DNA of 64,000 nt, taken from NCBI GenBank assembly GCA_963843255.1, contig CAWJJQ010000002.1, forward strand, positions 78,000-141,999, read 5' to 3'. Numbering within the stretch: position 1 is the stretch's first letter; the number at the start of each line of letters is the position of its first letter. The position numbers were made by a program, and so were the translations under genes. This DNA is from Bryobacterales bacterium (GTDB taxonomy: Bacteria > Acidobacteriota > Terriglobia > Bryobacterales > Bryobacteraceae). Under the pieces are notes generated by a model, which saw nothing but the letters and a program-made list of their open reading frames with translations, searched no databases and was not told where the DNA came from. Below, piece after piece: positions 35,163 through 44,923 of the stretch.

Positions 35163-35960
35163 TTATCTCTCTACGCGCGCAGCGCGCACCATTTCGACCA
35201 GTACGGCCCTTACTTCCGCACTGTTACGCACTTCCCTTGGGAACGCGATGCGGGCGCCGTGTACGCGTTCTCCGCTCTGCAGGCGGACGTGGAAACCCAG
35301 GCGGTCGACGGCGGTCATGGTGGCGGACTGCGCCTCGGATTCCCCGGCGGCATGGGCCAGCAATACCAGGGCGTCGGCGTGGTCTTCATTCATGTGACGC
35401 AGAATGGCAGCGGAAGTTTCAGCCAGCGGGTCGGGCCGGCTGCCGACGTATTCGTCGGCGGGAACCCAGCCCATCACGCCGAATCCGCCGACGAAATAGA
35501 CATCCGCGAGGCGCATGCGGTAGAAGGCAAAATCGTCGAAATCGACCCAATAGCGGGCATTTTCATGCCGGCTGAGGTACAGTTCGCGGGCGGCGGCGGT
35601 TTCGGATTGGGGTAGCGGGAGCACCTCGCCGAGGAGAGTGATGCGGGCGGCGCCGAGGGGGTCACCGGCGGTTTCCTGCATTATCATCAGACTGGCGCGC
35701 GCGTCGGCTTTCAGGTTCTGGGTATGCATGGCCATGCTGCTGATGAGGAACAGGGGCAGACCGTCGTCGCCGGCGGCGTAGGGCATGACCGAGCCGAAGG
35801 GGAATCCGGGTTGTTTACGGGAATGCGTGGAGAGCATACCCAGGCGGCTGAGGTGCACCAGGGTGCGTCCGCGTTCGGCGAGGGTCGGTTCGGGCACGGG
35901 TGGATGCCCCGCCCCGGTTGGAGCGGCATGCTGACCAGCGGATGAGCCCGTGGTTGACAT
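35163..35960 (-). CDS. HugZ-like protein (pyridoxamine 5'-phosphate oxidase-related FMN-binding fold plus DUF2470-like C-terminus)
   Basis: 'GMLSTHSRKQPGFPFGSVMPYA...LFLISSMAMHTQNL', 'FAFYRMRLADVYFVGGFG', C-terminal 'ILRHMNEDHADALVLLA'. Confidence 0.8.
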   Translation of the reverse strand: MSTTGSSAGQHAAPTGAGHPPVPEPTLAERGRTLVHLSRLGMLSTHSRKQPGFPFGSVMPYAAGDDGLPLFLISSMAMHTQNLKADARASLMIMQETAGDPLGAARITLLGEVLPLPQSETAAARELYLSRHENARYWVDFDDFAFYRMRLADVYFVGGFGVMGWVPADEYVGSRPDPLAETSAAILRHMNEDHADALVLLAHAAGESEAQSATMTAVDRLGFHVRLQSGERVHGARIAFPREVRNSAEVRAVLVEMVRAARVER

Positions 35961-36008
35961 AGACCAGATTTTTCCCTCTCCTTATACTTTTTTAGCACAG
36001 TGCAGGAC

Positions 36009-36102
36009 CTGGGGACGCGGGGGCTCAGCGCTGGGGGCGAGCGGGCGAAGCGGCGAGGGGCGACCCGGACGCGCGACATGGGGACACGGGGACGCGGAGA
36101 CT
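36009..36102. repeat. GGGGAC/GGAGAC-type octamer tracts in the hugZ-like/SIMPL intergenic region
   Basis: 'ctGGGGACGCGGGGg' (36009-36023) and 'aTGGGGACACGGGGACGCGGAGACtc' (36078-36102). The 11-mer GACGCGGAGAC also occurs inside purL (40034-40088). Confidence 0.5.
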
Positions 36103-36133
36103 CGCGCGATTATGGAGTTGAGGAGTTAGTTCT

Positions 36134-36850
36134 ATGCGGATCGGGCTTACAACGACTGGTGCGGGTGTCTTCTTTCTCACAGTGGCAATGGCTAGCGCGC
36201 AGCAGACCGGGGAAAAGGCGGCGCACCCTTTTATCCGCGCGACAGGCGAGGCGACGGTTTCCGCGAAGCCGGATCGCGCCAAGTTAACGATCGGGGTAGT
36301 AACGCAGTCGGCCACAGCGCAGGGAGCGGCCACGCAAAATGCCGCACAGACCGAATCGATGGTGGCAGCACTGCGCCGTTCCTTGGGGGCCTCCGCGGAT
36401 ATCCACAGCACCGGGTATTCTCTCACGCCGAACTTCACCTTTCCGAAAGCAGGCGGACAGTCCGTCCTGAGCGGATATACGGCGTCAAACACGGTGGAGA
36501 TCACCACTGATGATCTGGCGAACGTGGGCAAGGTGATCGACGCCGGGACGCAGGCGGGCGCCAACAATGTGCGCGGCCTGGATTTCTCGCTCAAAGATGA
36601 AACTCCTGTGCGGGGCGAAGCGTTGCGCGAAGCCGCGCGGAAGGCGCGGGGCAACGCGGAGGCGATGGCTGCAGCTTTAGGGCTAAAGATAGTACGGGTG
36701 CTATCGGCGGAGGAAGGGGAGCCACAGGTGATCCGGCCAGTGATGCGGGCGATGGCAATGAGCGCGAACGCGGGTCCGGCGACACCGATTGAATCCGGGA
36801 ACATCCAGGTACAGGCTACGGTGACGCTAACGCTGGAAGTCGCCCAGTAG
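36134..36850 (+). CDS. SIMPL domain (DUF541) periplasmic protein
   Basis: Signal 'GAGVFFLTVAMASA'. 'ATGEATVSAKPDRAKLTIGVV', 'GYTASNTVEITTDDLANVGKVIDA', 'IESGNIQVQATVTLTLEV'. SD GAGGAG. Confidence 0.85.
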   Translation: MRIGLTTTGAGVFFLTVAMASAQQTGEKAAHPFIRATGEATVSAKPDRAKLTIGVVTQSATAQGAATQNAAQTESMVAALRRSLGASADIHSTGYSLTPNFTFPKAGGQSVLSGYTASNTVEITTDDLANVGKVIDAGTQAGANNVRGLDFSLKDETPVRGEALREAARKARGNAEAMAAALGLKIVRVLSAEEGEPQVIRPVMRAMAMSANAGPATPIESGNIQVQATVTLTLEVAQ

Positions 36851-36907
36851 AAGCAATAACAACAGGAAGTACTTGATGATATAAAGTCCTTATGGTAGCA
36901 TGCGATT

Positions 36908-37564
36908 ATGGCACGGTTTTCGGGTCTGATCTTGATAGGAATGCTGGTCTTGGCGGGCTGTAGCTGGCACCGGCCTTCTGCCACGGTGATCGAAGCAGCG
37001 GAGGCGGGCGACACCGGCTCGCTGGAACGGGCCCTGGATGGTGGCGAGGATGCCAATCAAAAAGATGGGCGCGGCCTGACCGCACTGATCATCTCGGCGC
37101 GGGGCGGCTCCACATCCGCGATTCAAGTCCTGCTGCGCCACCATGCCGATCCCAACCTGCGCGGCGGGGTGAACGCATGGACGCCGTTGATGCATGCGGT
37201 CCACAAGAACCATGCCGACGCGGCGCGGGCCCTGCTCGACGGCGGCGCGCGCGTGGATGACAGGGGACGGTCCGGCGAGACCGCGCTGATGATGGCCGCC
37301 GGCTACGGGTACACACCGATCGTGGAACTACTGCTCGACCGTGGCGCCGACCCGCACGCGGTGGCCGCGGACGGGGCCAATGTACTCTCCATCGCGCTCA
37401 GCGGCGTGCCGGATATCGAACATTTCACGCTCGGATCCTGCCAGAACGAGACAGTCCATGTGCTGAAGCGCCGGTATCCGGATCTGCATCTGCCGGATAA
37501 TCTGTGGGCTCGTCTCGCGCAGGTAGCGGGCGGCGTGGCCAAACTCCGCGGCTGCGGGTATTAG
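36908..37564 (+). CDS. ankyrin-repeat lipoprotein
   Basis: Lipobox 'LVLAGC'. Ankyrin units 'GRGLTALIISARGGSTSAIQVLLRHHADPN', 'WTPLMHAVHKNHADAARALLDGGARVD', 'GETALMMAAGYGYTPIVELLLDRGADP'. Confidence 0.85.
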   Translation: MARFSGLILIGMLVLAGCSWHRPSATVIEAAEAGDTGSLERALDGGEDANQKDGRGLTALIISARGGSTSAIQVLLRHHADPNLRGGVNAWTPLMHAVHKNHADAARALLDGGARVDDRGRSGETALMMAAGYGYTPIVELLLDRGADPHAVAADGANVLSIALSGVPDIEHFTLGSCQNETVHVLKRRYPDLHLPDNLWARLAQVAGGVAKLRGCGY

Positions 37565-37610
37565 GCGGCCGTTGGCCGCCGTGGGCGGTGGCTGGTGGAT
37601 GATGATTTAG

Positions 37611-39017
37611 TTATTTGCTGCTGCGCATTAGCTGCTCGATGTTGACTAACTCGGTGGGGTAGTCGCCGGTGTAGCAAGCGTAGCAGTAGTCGTGCTTTTC
37701 AGCGTCGCCGACGGCTGTGCGCAGCGAGGCCAGCGACAGGTAGCCCAGTGTGTCGGCTTCCACGAAACGGCGGATCGCTTCCACATTATTATTCGACGCG
37801 ATCAACTCCCGTTTGGTGGGTGTATCCACCCCGTAAAAACAGGGTGAGACGGTGGGCGGGCAGGAGACGCGTAGATGCACCTCGCGCGCGCCGGCCTGCC
37901 GCACCATACGGACGATCTTGCGACTGGTGGTGCCGCGCACGATGGAATCATCGACCAAAACCACGCTTTTGCCTTCCAAAAGGTAGCGCACGGGATTGAG
38001 CTTGAGCTTCACCCCGAAATCGCGGATGGCCTGGGAAGGCTCGATGAAGGTCCGGCCAACGTAATGGTTGCGGATCAGGGCGTGGCGGAACGGCAGCCCG
38101 GACTCGGCCGAATATCCCAGGGCGGCAGCTACTCCGGAGTCGGGCACCGGCACCACCACGTCGGCATCGGCGGGGTGCTCGCGCGCCAGCAAGCGACCCA
38201 GCATTTCGCGCGATTCCTGCACAGGACGGCCGAAGACCAGGGAATCCGGGCGCGAGAAATACACGTGCTCGAAGGCGCAGTGCGCCAGTGGGCGCTCCGG
38301 CGCGAAGCGCTCACGGGTGACACCTTCGGGTCCGACAACGATCATTTCGCCAGGCTGCACATCGTTCAGGTAGACGGCGCTGATCAGATCGAAGGCACAT
38401 GTCTCGGAGGCGAAAACGTAACAGGCATGCCCGTTCAGCTCCATCTGGCCCATGGCGAGGGGACGGAAGCCGTGCGGATCACGAGCTATTATGATGCGGT
38501 CCTCGGCCAGGAAGACCAGCGAGAACGCGCCCTCCAGTTGCAGCAGCGCATCGCGCAACGCACCTTCGAGCGTGCGCTCGGAAGAGCAGGCCACCAGATG
38601 CAGGATGACCTCGGTGTCGCTGTTGGCCTGGAATATGGATCCGCGCTTTTCCAGATCCGTTCGCAGCTCGATGGCGTTGGTGATGTTGCCGTTGTGCGCC
38701 ACCGCGATGCGGCCCTTATTGCAGGAGACCGAGAACGGCTGGGCGTTCAGCAGCACCGTATCGCCCGCCGTGGAGTAGCGGGTGTGGCCGATTCCCAGTT
38801 TGCCGGGAAGCTCCTCGAGCACCTCGGTGGTGAAGATGTCAGCCACGTGGCCCATGGACTTCTGGCAATGCAGCTCCTGGCCATCGCTGGTGCAGATGCC
38901 GGCACTTTCCTGGCCGCGGTGCTGCAGGGCATAGAGGCCCAGGTAGGTCATCTTGGCCGCTTCGGGATGGCCGTAAACGGCGAAAACACCGCACTCGTCG
39001 TGGAATTTATCAAACAT
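37611..39017 (-). CDS. purF: amidophosphoribosyltransferase PurF
   Basis: 'ECGVFAVYGH...LYALQHRGQESAGI', PRPP loop 'VVLVDDSIVRGTTS', C-terminal Cys 'CYACYTGDYP'. Confidence 0.95.
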   Translation of the reverse strand: MFDKFHDECGVFAVYGHPEAAKMTYLGLYALQHRGQESAGICTSDGQELHCQKSMGHVADIFTTEVLEELPGKLGIGHTRYSTAGDTVLLNAQPFSVSCNKGRIAVAHNGNITNAIELRTDLEKRGSIFQANSDTEVILHLVACSSERTLEGALRDALLQLEGAFSLVFLAEDRIIIARDPHGFRPLAMGQMELNGHACYVFASETCAFDLISAVYLNDVQPGEMIVVGPEGVTRERFAPERPLAHCAFEHVYFSRPDSLVFGRPVQESREMLGRLLAREHPADADVVVPVPDSGVAAALGYSAESGLPFRHALIRNHYVGRTFIEPSQAIRDFGVKLKLNPVRYLLEGKSVVLVDDSIVRGTTSRKIVRMVRQAGAREVHLRVSCPPTVSPCFYGVDTPTKRELIASNNNVEAIRRFVEADTLGYLSLASLRTAVGDAEKHDYCYACYTGDYPTELVNIEQLMRSSK

Positions 39018-39020
39018 GGC

Positions 39021-41237
39021 TTAGGACCGTAGTTGATTTTCTAGCGACTCTTCGTAAACCGGTTTCAGGCTGTCGAGCGTTATAGACATCAGTTCCGCGC
39101 CGCGATTGCCGATGGCCAGACCGTGATTCATGGTGATTCCCACGCGCGACGCCTCAACGCCGTGGCGCGCGGCGATTTCCGCGACCGCATCCTGGTTGGC
39201 GGTCGAGAGCAGGATGCGCGAGGGGCCCTCGTGGAACAGCAGCATTTCGGCCGGAAGATCGGATTCCAGGTGGAGCGCGGCGCCCACTCCGCCGAGCGAG
39301 CATTCCGCGGCGGCAACAGCCAGACCGCCATCGCTCAAATCGTGTGCCGATTCGGCCAGTCTGGCGGCCACGATTTCGCGCATGGCGTCGTGCACGCGTT
39401 TCTCGTAATCCATGTCGAGGGCCGGCGGCAGTCCCCATAATTCTTTGTGGACGACCTTGGCGTACTGCGTACCGCCGAAGTGCGTTTCGTCGCAGTCGCC
39501 AATACCGCCCAGCAGGATGATGGCCCGTCCGGCCGCCTTGAAATCGCGCGTGACCGGCGCGGCGGTCGCCATGAGGCCGACGATACCCATAACCGGCGTG
39601 GGCCAGATGCCTTCGCCCAGGGTTTCGTTGTACAGGCTCACATTGCCGCCGGTGATGGGGGTCTCAAAAAACCGGCAGGCCTCGGACATGCCGTCAATGG
39701 CCTCGACGAGCTGGCCCATGATCTCGGGGCGCTCGGGATTCCCGAAATTGAGGCAGTTGGTGGCGGCTACGGGCCGCGCACCTACGGTGGCCAGGTTGCG
39801 GCAGCATTCGGCAACTGCCAGGCGGGCGCCCTCGCGCGGGGAAAGATAGCAATAACGGCTATTGCCGTCGAGCGCCATGGCTACCGATACGCCGTTCTCC
39901 TTAATGCGGATGATGGCGGCGTCGGAACCCGGCCCCGCGATGGTATTGGTGCGGACCTGGTAATCGTACTGCTCCCAGATGTAGCGTTTGGAGCAAATGT
40001 CGGAGGAGGCGAGTAACGCGGTCAGCGCCTCTTGCGCTGAGACGCGGGGACGCTGAGACGCGGAGACGCGGGGACGGGGAGACGGCGGAACGTAGGGGCG
40101 ATCGTAGAGTGGGGCTTCGTCGGCCAGTTCGCGGTTGGGGATCTCGGCGACTGTGCGGCCATGCTGTTTCACGCGCAGCAGGCCATCGCCGGTGACGGTG
40201 CCAATCGTGACCGCGTCCAGGCCCCACTTGCGGAAGACCTGGAAGACTTCGTCCTCCCTGCCCTTCTCGGCCACGATCAACATCCGCTCCTGGGATTCGG
40301 AGAGCATGATCTCGTAGGGCGTCATGCCGGTTTCGCGCTGCGGCACGAGGTCCAATTCGATTTCGATGCCGGTACCGCCGCGGCTGCCCATCTCGCAAGT
40401 GGAGCAGGTGAGCCCGGCGGCGCCCATATCCTGAATCCCGACGATGGCGCCGGTTTGCATGGCTTCGATGCAGGCTTCGAGCAGCAGTTTTTCGAGAAAC
40501 GGATCGCCTACCTGCACGTTGGGGCGCTTCTGCTTGGACTCTTCGGTGAACTCGGCCGAGGCCATGGAGGCGCCGTGAATGCCGTCCCGTCCGGTCTTGG
40601 CGCCGACGTAGATGACGGGGTTGCCAGTGCCGGCGGCGCGGGCGTAGAAGATGTCGTCCTTCTTCGCCACGCCTAGCGCGAAGGCATTCACCAGCGGATT
40701 GCCGTTATAGCAGGGTTCGAAAGTGCATTCGCCACCCACGGTGGGCACCCCGAAGCAATTGCCGTAATGCGCGATGCCCGCCACTACACCCTGCAGGATG
40801 CGCCGGTTGCGCGGGCCGGCCTGGGGATCGTCCAGCGGGCCGAAGCGCAGCGAATCGAGCACGGCCACAGGTCGCGCGCCCATAGTGAAGATATCGCGCA
40901 GGATGCCGCCTACACCGGTGGCCGCGCCCTGGAACGGCTCGATGAAGCTGGGGTGATTGTGCGACTCGATCTTGAAGGCGATGACGTAGCCGCCGCCAAT
41001 ATCGATGATGCCCGCGTTTTCGCCCGGCCCCTGCACTACCAGCTTGCCGCGCGTGGGCAGCTTCTTCAGATGCAGGCGGGAGCTTTTGTAGGAGCAATGC
41101 TCGCTCCACATCACGCTGAATACGCCGAGCTCGGTGTAGTTCGGCTCGCGTCCCAGAATTTCGACAATCTTCTGGTACTCAGATTCCGTGAGCTGATGCT
41201 GAGCGATCAGGTCAGGGGTAATGGCCAGGGTGCTCAT
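39021..41237 (-). CDS. purL: phosphoribosylformylglycinamidine synthase subunit PurL
   Basis: '[18 protein letters not shown]', 'ESHNHPS', '[14 protein letters not shown]', '[11 protein letters not shown]'. 738 aa. Overlaps the purQ stop. Confidence 0.95.
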   Translation of the reverse strand: MSTLAITPDLIAQHQLTESEYQKIVEILGREPNYTELGVFSVMWSEHCSYKSSRLHLKKLPTRGKLVVQGPGENAGIIDIGGGYVIAFKIESHNHPSFIEPFQGAATGVGGILRDIFTMGARPVAVLDSLRFGPLDDPQAGPRNRRILQGVVAGIAHYGNCFGVPTVGGECTFEPCYNGNPLVNAFALGVAKKDDIFYARAAGTGNPVIYVGAKTGRDGIHGASMASAEFTEESKQKRPNVQVGDPFLEKLLLEACIEAMQTGAIVGIQDMGAAGLTCSTCEMGSRGGTGIEIELDLVPQRETGMTPYEIMLSESQERMLIVAEKGREDEVFQVFRKWGLDAVTIGTVTGDGLLRVKQHGRTVAEIPNRELADEAPLYDRPYVPPSPRPRVSASQRPRVSAQEALTALLASSDICSKRYIWEQYDYQVRTNTIAGPGSDAAIIRIKENGVSVAMALDGNSRYCYLSPREGARLAVAECCRNLATVGARPVAATNCLNFGNPERPEIMGQLVEAIDGMSEACRFFETPITGGNVSLYNETLGEGIWPTPVMGIVGLMATAAPVTRDFKAAGRAIILLGGIGDCDETHFGGTQYAKVVHKELWGLPPALDMDYEKRVHDAMREIVAARLAESAHDLSDGGLAVAAAECSLGGVGAALHLESDLPAEMLLFHEGPSRILLSTANQDAVAEIAARHGVEASRVGITMNHGLAIGNRGAELMSITLDSLKPVYEESLENQLRS
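40034..40088. repeat. octamer-periodic GC-rich tract inside the purL coding sequence
   Basis: Plus strand GCGCTGAGAC GCGGGGAC GCTGAGAC GCGGAGAC GCGGGGAC GGGGAGAC. It encodes '[18 protein letters not shown]' in a variable PurL linker. Confidence 0.55.
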
Positions 41238-41911
41238 AGCTGGAGCGCCGGCTGGGCGGCCATCACCATGGAGCGGAGAACCACCATCCCGTCGCTCGAA
41301 CCCATCAAGGGCTCGGTGGCGCGCTCGGGATGGGGCATCAGGCCGAGCACGTTGCGCCGGTCATTCAGAATGCCTGCGATATCGCGCATGGAACCGTTGG
41401 GATTGTCGAGGTAGCGGAAGGCGATGCGATCTTCGGCTTCGAGCTGGTCGAGGATGCGCTCATCCGCCACATAGCAGCCTTCGCCGTGGGCGATGGGCAT
41501 GCGCAGGATCTGGCCGGGTTGCGCAGCTGAAGTAAAAGGCGAATCGACGGTCTCGGTACGCAGACGAAGCTCGCGGCAGATGAACTTCAGATTGCGGTTG
41601 CGGATCAGCGCGCCGGGGAGCAGGCCAGCCTCCACCAGGATCTGAAAGCCGTTGCACACGCCAAGCACGAGGCCGCCGTCCGCCGCGAACTTGCGCACAG
41701 CCGCCATTACCGGCGAGAACTTGGCGATAGCGCCGCAGCGCAGGTAATCGCCGTAAGCAAAGCCGCCGGGGAGGATGACGGCATCCACATCGCCGAGAGT
41801 TTGGGAATCATGCCAAATGAATTCAGCGGGATGGCCAAGGTTGCGGTTAACTGCATACCAGGCATCGTGGTCGCAATTACTGCCAGGAAAGACAATAATG
41901 CCAAATTTCAT
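41234..41911 (-). CDS. purQ: phosphoribosylformylglycinamidine synthase glutaminase subunit PurQ
   Basis: '[16 protein letters not shown]', '[10 protein letters not shown]', '[10 protein letters not shown]', 'HGEG'. ATG 41911; the track start at 41953 adds 14 aa. Confidence 0.93.
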   Translation of the reverse strand: MKFGIIVFPGSNCDHDAWYAVNRNLGHPAEFIWHDSQTLGDVDAVILPGGFAYGDYLRCGAIAKFSPVMAAVRKFAADGGLVLGVCNGFQILVEAGLLPGALIRNRNLKFICRELRLRTETVDSPFTSAAQPGQILRMPIAHGEGCYVADERILDQLEAEDRIAFRYLDNPNGSMRDIAGILNDRRNVLGLMPHPERATEPLMGSSDGMVVLRSMVMAAQPALQL

Positions 41912-41967
41912 GAGCTTTGAGTGCCCTGGGGAGGTTAGATACCAGTGTAGCATGTGGGGCCGAGCCC

Positions 41968-41986
41968 GTGGCTTAGCCTAAGCCAC
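41968..41986. promoter_or_regulatory. perfect 9-1-9 palindrome in the purQ / kinase divergent intergenic region (candidate operator)
   Basis: GTGGCTTAG-c-CTAAGCCAC, 57 nt upstream of the purQ ATG. Confidence 0.3.
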
Positions 41987-42077
41987 CTAAACCGCCGCAC
42001 AACTGACATACGCGTCGATAAATCGTAAAATCAGGGTCCTGGCGACCACAAGGTCAAAGCGTTATAATTCCGCGAGG

Positions 42078-44816
42078 ATGCAGGTCGAACGCTGGAAACA
42101 GATCGAATCTTTATTTCACGCGGCTCAGACGATGCCGCTGGAAGAGCGGGTTGCATTCCTGGCACAGGCTTGTCCCGACGCCGAAATCCGTGCCGAGGTG
42201 CAATCGCTGCTAAACCAGCACCCGGATTCATTCCTCGAAAATGCCCCAGTCTCAGCCGCCAAAGCCCTAGGTCCCGGCACCAAGCTCGACAACTTCGAAA
42301 TCATCGAACTGATCGGCCGCGGCGGCATGGGCGAAGTCTACCGCGCCCGCGACTCGCGCCTGAAGCGCGATGTGGCGATCAAAGTTCTGCCGGCGGGTTT
42401 GGCGCACGACCCGGGCCGCATCGCCCGTTTCGAACGCGAAGCGCGGGCCGCCAGCGCCCTGAATCACCCCAATATCGTCCACGTTTACGAAATCGGTTAC
42501 GACCACGAGACGCATTGGATGGCTACCGAACTGGTGGCGGGAGAACCGCTCGCCGCGATGATGAAACGAGCTCCGCTGGCGCCGCACAAAACCATCGAGA
42601 TCGCGGCGCAAATTGCTGAGGGCTTAGCGGCCGCGCATGCGGCTGGCATCGTGCACCGCGACCTGAAACCAGCCAATATCATGGTCACGCGTGACGGCCA
42701 CGTGAAGATTTTGGATTTCGGCCTCGCAAAGCGACGCCGCACGTCCGCCGATTCGAGTAACCTTGAACTCACAGACGAAGGCGCGGTGATGGGCACGGCC
42801 GGCTACATGTCGCCCGAACAGGTGCGGGGCGAGGCGGTGGACCACCGTTCGGATCTGTTTAACCTCGGCGTCATCATGCATGAAATGCTGGCGGGCAAGC
42901 CGGCTTTCTCCGGCGGTTCATCGGTAGAGATGATGAACGCCATCCTGAAGGATGAGCCGCCGGACTTGCCGCCGTCCGTGCCGCTGCCGCTCCAGCGCAT
43001 CGTGCGGCGCTGCATGGCGAAAGACCCCGGCCATCGTTTCCAAACCGCCGCGGACTTGGGTTTCGCATTGCAGCCCTCGCAGCCGTCCTTGCCGCAGCCA
43101 ACGCCCGGACGCCGTATAGGGCCGAAGTGGGCGGCAGCGGCAGCGGTGTTCGCTGCAGTTGCCGCAGGCGGCTGGGTCTGGCTTACCCATCCGATGCCGC
43201 CACCGCGGGTTACCGGCATGGTCCAGATCACCCACGATAACCTGCCGAAGCGATATGCTCCGATCACCGATGGCGTGCGGCTCTTTTTGTCGCCGGGCAC
43301 TTTTAGGCCGGCGTATCAGGTATCGGTGAAGGGCGGCGAGTCGATACCGCTCACGTTGCAAACCGGAAGCGCTGTGCAGTTGCTGGACGTCGCGCCCGAC
43401 CGGTCGGAGTTCCTGGTATGCAAGGATACAGGAGGCACGCACTGCGAACTCTGGGCAGAGCCCCTACTTGGTGGATCCGCCCGGCGTCTTGGCAATCTAG
43501 CGTCGAGTCCTCCCCCGGCAGCCGCCTGGTCCCCGGATGGGAAGCAACTGGTCTACGCCCGTGACAACGAAGTGCACCTCGCGGGAAGCGACGGCACGGA
43601 GATCCGCAAGCTGGCCAGCGTCACGGGCGGAGCCTATTCGCCGCATTGGTCGCCCGACGGCAGTAAAATCCGTTTCCTTGTGGACCCGCCGGGCAAGCCG
43701 TCCCGCTTTTGGGACGTGCTGCCGGACGGCACGCGCCTGCGTCCGGTGCTTCCAAACTGGAACCCTTCCTGGGACTTGCGGAACGGCAGGTGGACAGCGG
43801 ACGGGACATACTTCTTCTTTGTGTCCCACAGGAATATCTGGGCTGTCCGCGAGAAGAACGGGCTCTTTCAAAGAGCTAATTCAGAGCCGGTGCCCTTGAA
43901 CACCGGCTTCGAGCGGAAGGATTGCCCGGTCCCCAGCTCGAATGGCAAACAACTGTTCTTCATCGGTTATGTGTTGCGGAACGAATTTGTACGCTTGGAC
44001 CTGAAGTCGGGACAGTTCTCGCTCGTCCTGGCGGGCGTTTCGGGAGGCGATCTAGAGTTTTCCCGGGATGGGAAGTGGGTCGCCTACGTCACCTATCCCG
44101 AAGGATTGCTTTTCCGAAGCGCACCGGACGGCAGCCAGCGGCTCCAACTCACCTCGAGTCCCCTCACGGCGGGCACGCCTCGATGGTCGCCCGATGGCCG
44201 GCAAATTGCGTTTGTCGGCTGGTCTGAGGGCAAGCCACTCCGGATCTACATCGTGCCTTCCGAGGGCGGCGTGCCGCGACAGGTGACGAATGGCGAGAGC
44301 GGGAAAAATGGCGATTGTGACCCATCCTGGTCGCCGGACGGATCGCTGCTGGCGTTCGGTGCGACGGTAGACCCAAACCCAAGCGAAGATTCCATCCGCA
44401 AAAAAAGCATCCACATTGTCAAGCTGAAAACGAACCAAGTGTCGGTTCTCCCCGGATCCGAGGGCAAGATCTCTCCGCGCTGGTCGCCCGACGGCCGTTT
44501 CATGGCATGTTTGACGGGGCGCGGATGGGAACTCGTGCTCCGCGATATGCGGACAGGAAGGCAAACTCAGCTTACAAGTTTTCGCGCCGGCTATCCAGGG
44601 TGGTCCCAGGATAGCGAATCGCTTTTCGTCGGGGACCTTGACGCAACTTGGTGGCGCGTGCGCATACGCGACGGCCATCTGGAACGCCTCCGCAGCATGA
44701 AGGATATTCGCGTAGCTAACTGGGGATGGTTCGGGCCGGCCCCAAACAACTCGCTCGTCACGGCGCGCAACACCGGGACCGAGGAAATCTACGCCCTCGA
44801 TTTGGAATTGCCATAA
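42078..44816 (+). CDS. Ser/Thr protein kinase fused to TolB-like (PD40/WD40-like) beta-propeller
   Basis: 'IGRGGMGEVYRARD', 'VAIKVL', 'HRDLKPANIM', 'DFGLAK', 'GTAGYMSPEQ'. One TM, then repeated 'WSPDG' propeller blades. Confidence 0.92.
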   Translation: MQVERWKQIESLFHAAQTMPLEERVAFLAQACPDAEIRAEVQSLLNQHPDSFLENAPVSAAKALGPGTKLDNFEIIELIGRGGMGEVYRARDSRLKRDVAIKVLPAGLAHDPGRIARFEREARAASALNHPNIVHVYEIGYDHETHWMATELVAGEPLAAMMKRAPLAPHKTIEIAAQIAEGLAAAHAAGIVHRDLKPANIMVTRDGHVKILDFGLAKRRRTSADSSNLELTDEGAVMGTAGYMSPEQVRGEAVDHRSDLFNLGVIMHEMLAGKPAFSGGSSVEMMNAILKDEPPDLPPSVPLPLQRIVRRCMAKDPGHRFQTAADLGFALQPSQPSLPQPTPGRRIGPKWAAAAAVFAAVAAGGWVWLTHPMPPPRVTGMVQITHDNLPKRYAPITDGVRLFLSPGTFRPAYQVSVKGGESIPLTLQTGSAVQLLDVAPDRSEFLVCKDTGGTHCELWAEPLLGGSARRLGNLASSPPPAAAWSPDGKQLVYARDNEVHLAGSDGTEIRKLASVTGGAYSPHWSPDGSKIRFLVDPPGKPSRFWDVLPDGTRLRPVLPNWNPSWDLRNGRWTADGTYFFFVSHRNIWAVREKNGLFQRANSEPVPLNTGFERKDCPVPSSNGKQLFFIGYVLRNEFVRLDLKSGQFSLVLAGVSGGDLEFSRDGKWVAYVTYPEGLLFRSAPDGSQRLQLTSSPLTAGTPRWSPDGRQIAFVGWSEGKPLRIYIVPSEGGVPRQVTNGESGKNGDCDPSWSPDGSLLAFGATVDPNPSEDSIRKKSIHIVKLKTNQVSVLPGSEGKISPRWSPDGRFMACLTGRGWELVLRDMRTGRQTQLTSFRAGYPGWSQDSESLFVGDLDATWWRVRIRDGHLERLRSMKDIRVANWGWFGPAPNNSLVTARNTGTEEIYALDLELP

Positions 44817-44923
44817 TCGCGAATGGCCGGAATTCGACACCGATAAGACCTCTGTACGGTCCCGGATCGCGATCAATCATCACTAGATCCAAGAAATTTC
44901 GCGATCTTAGCTAAAATAGTCTC

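Noticed and set aside
36025-37056. 343-aa minus-strand ORF spanning the SIMPL and ankyrin genes
   Set aside because: It overlaps two well-supported plus-strand genes and an intergenic gap. Its Ala/Ser/Pro/Arg-rich low-complexity translation marks it as a shadow ORF.
37875-39032. 385-aa plus-strand ORF opposite purF
   Set aside because: It is antisense to purF, whose product is recognisable end to end.
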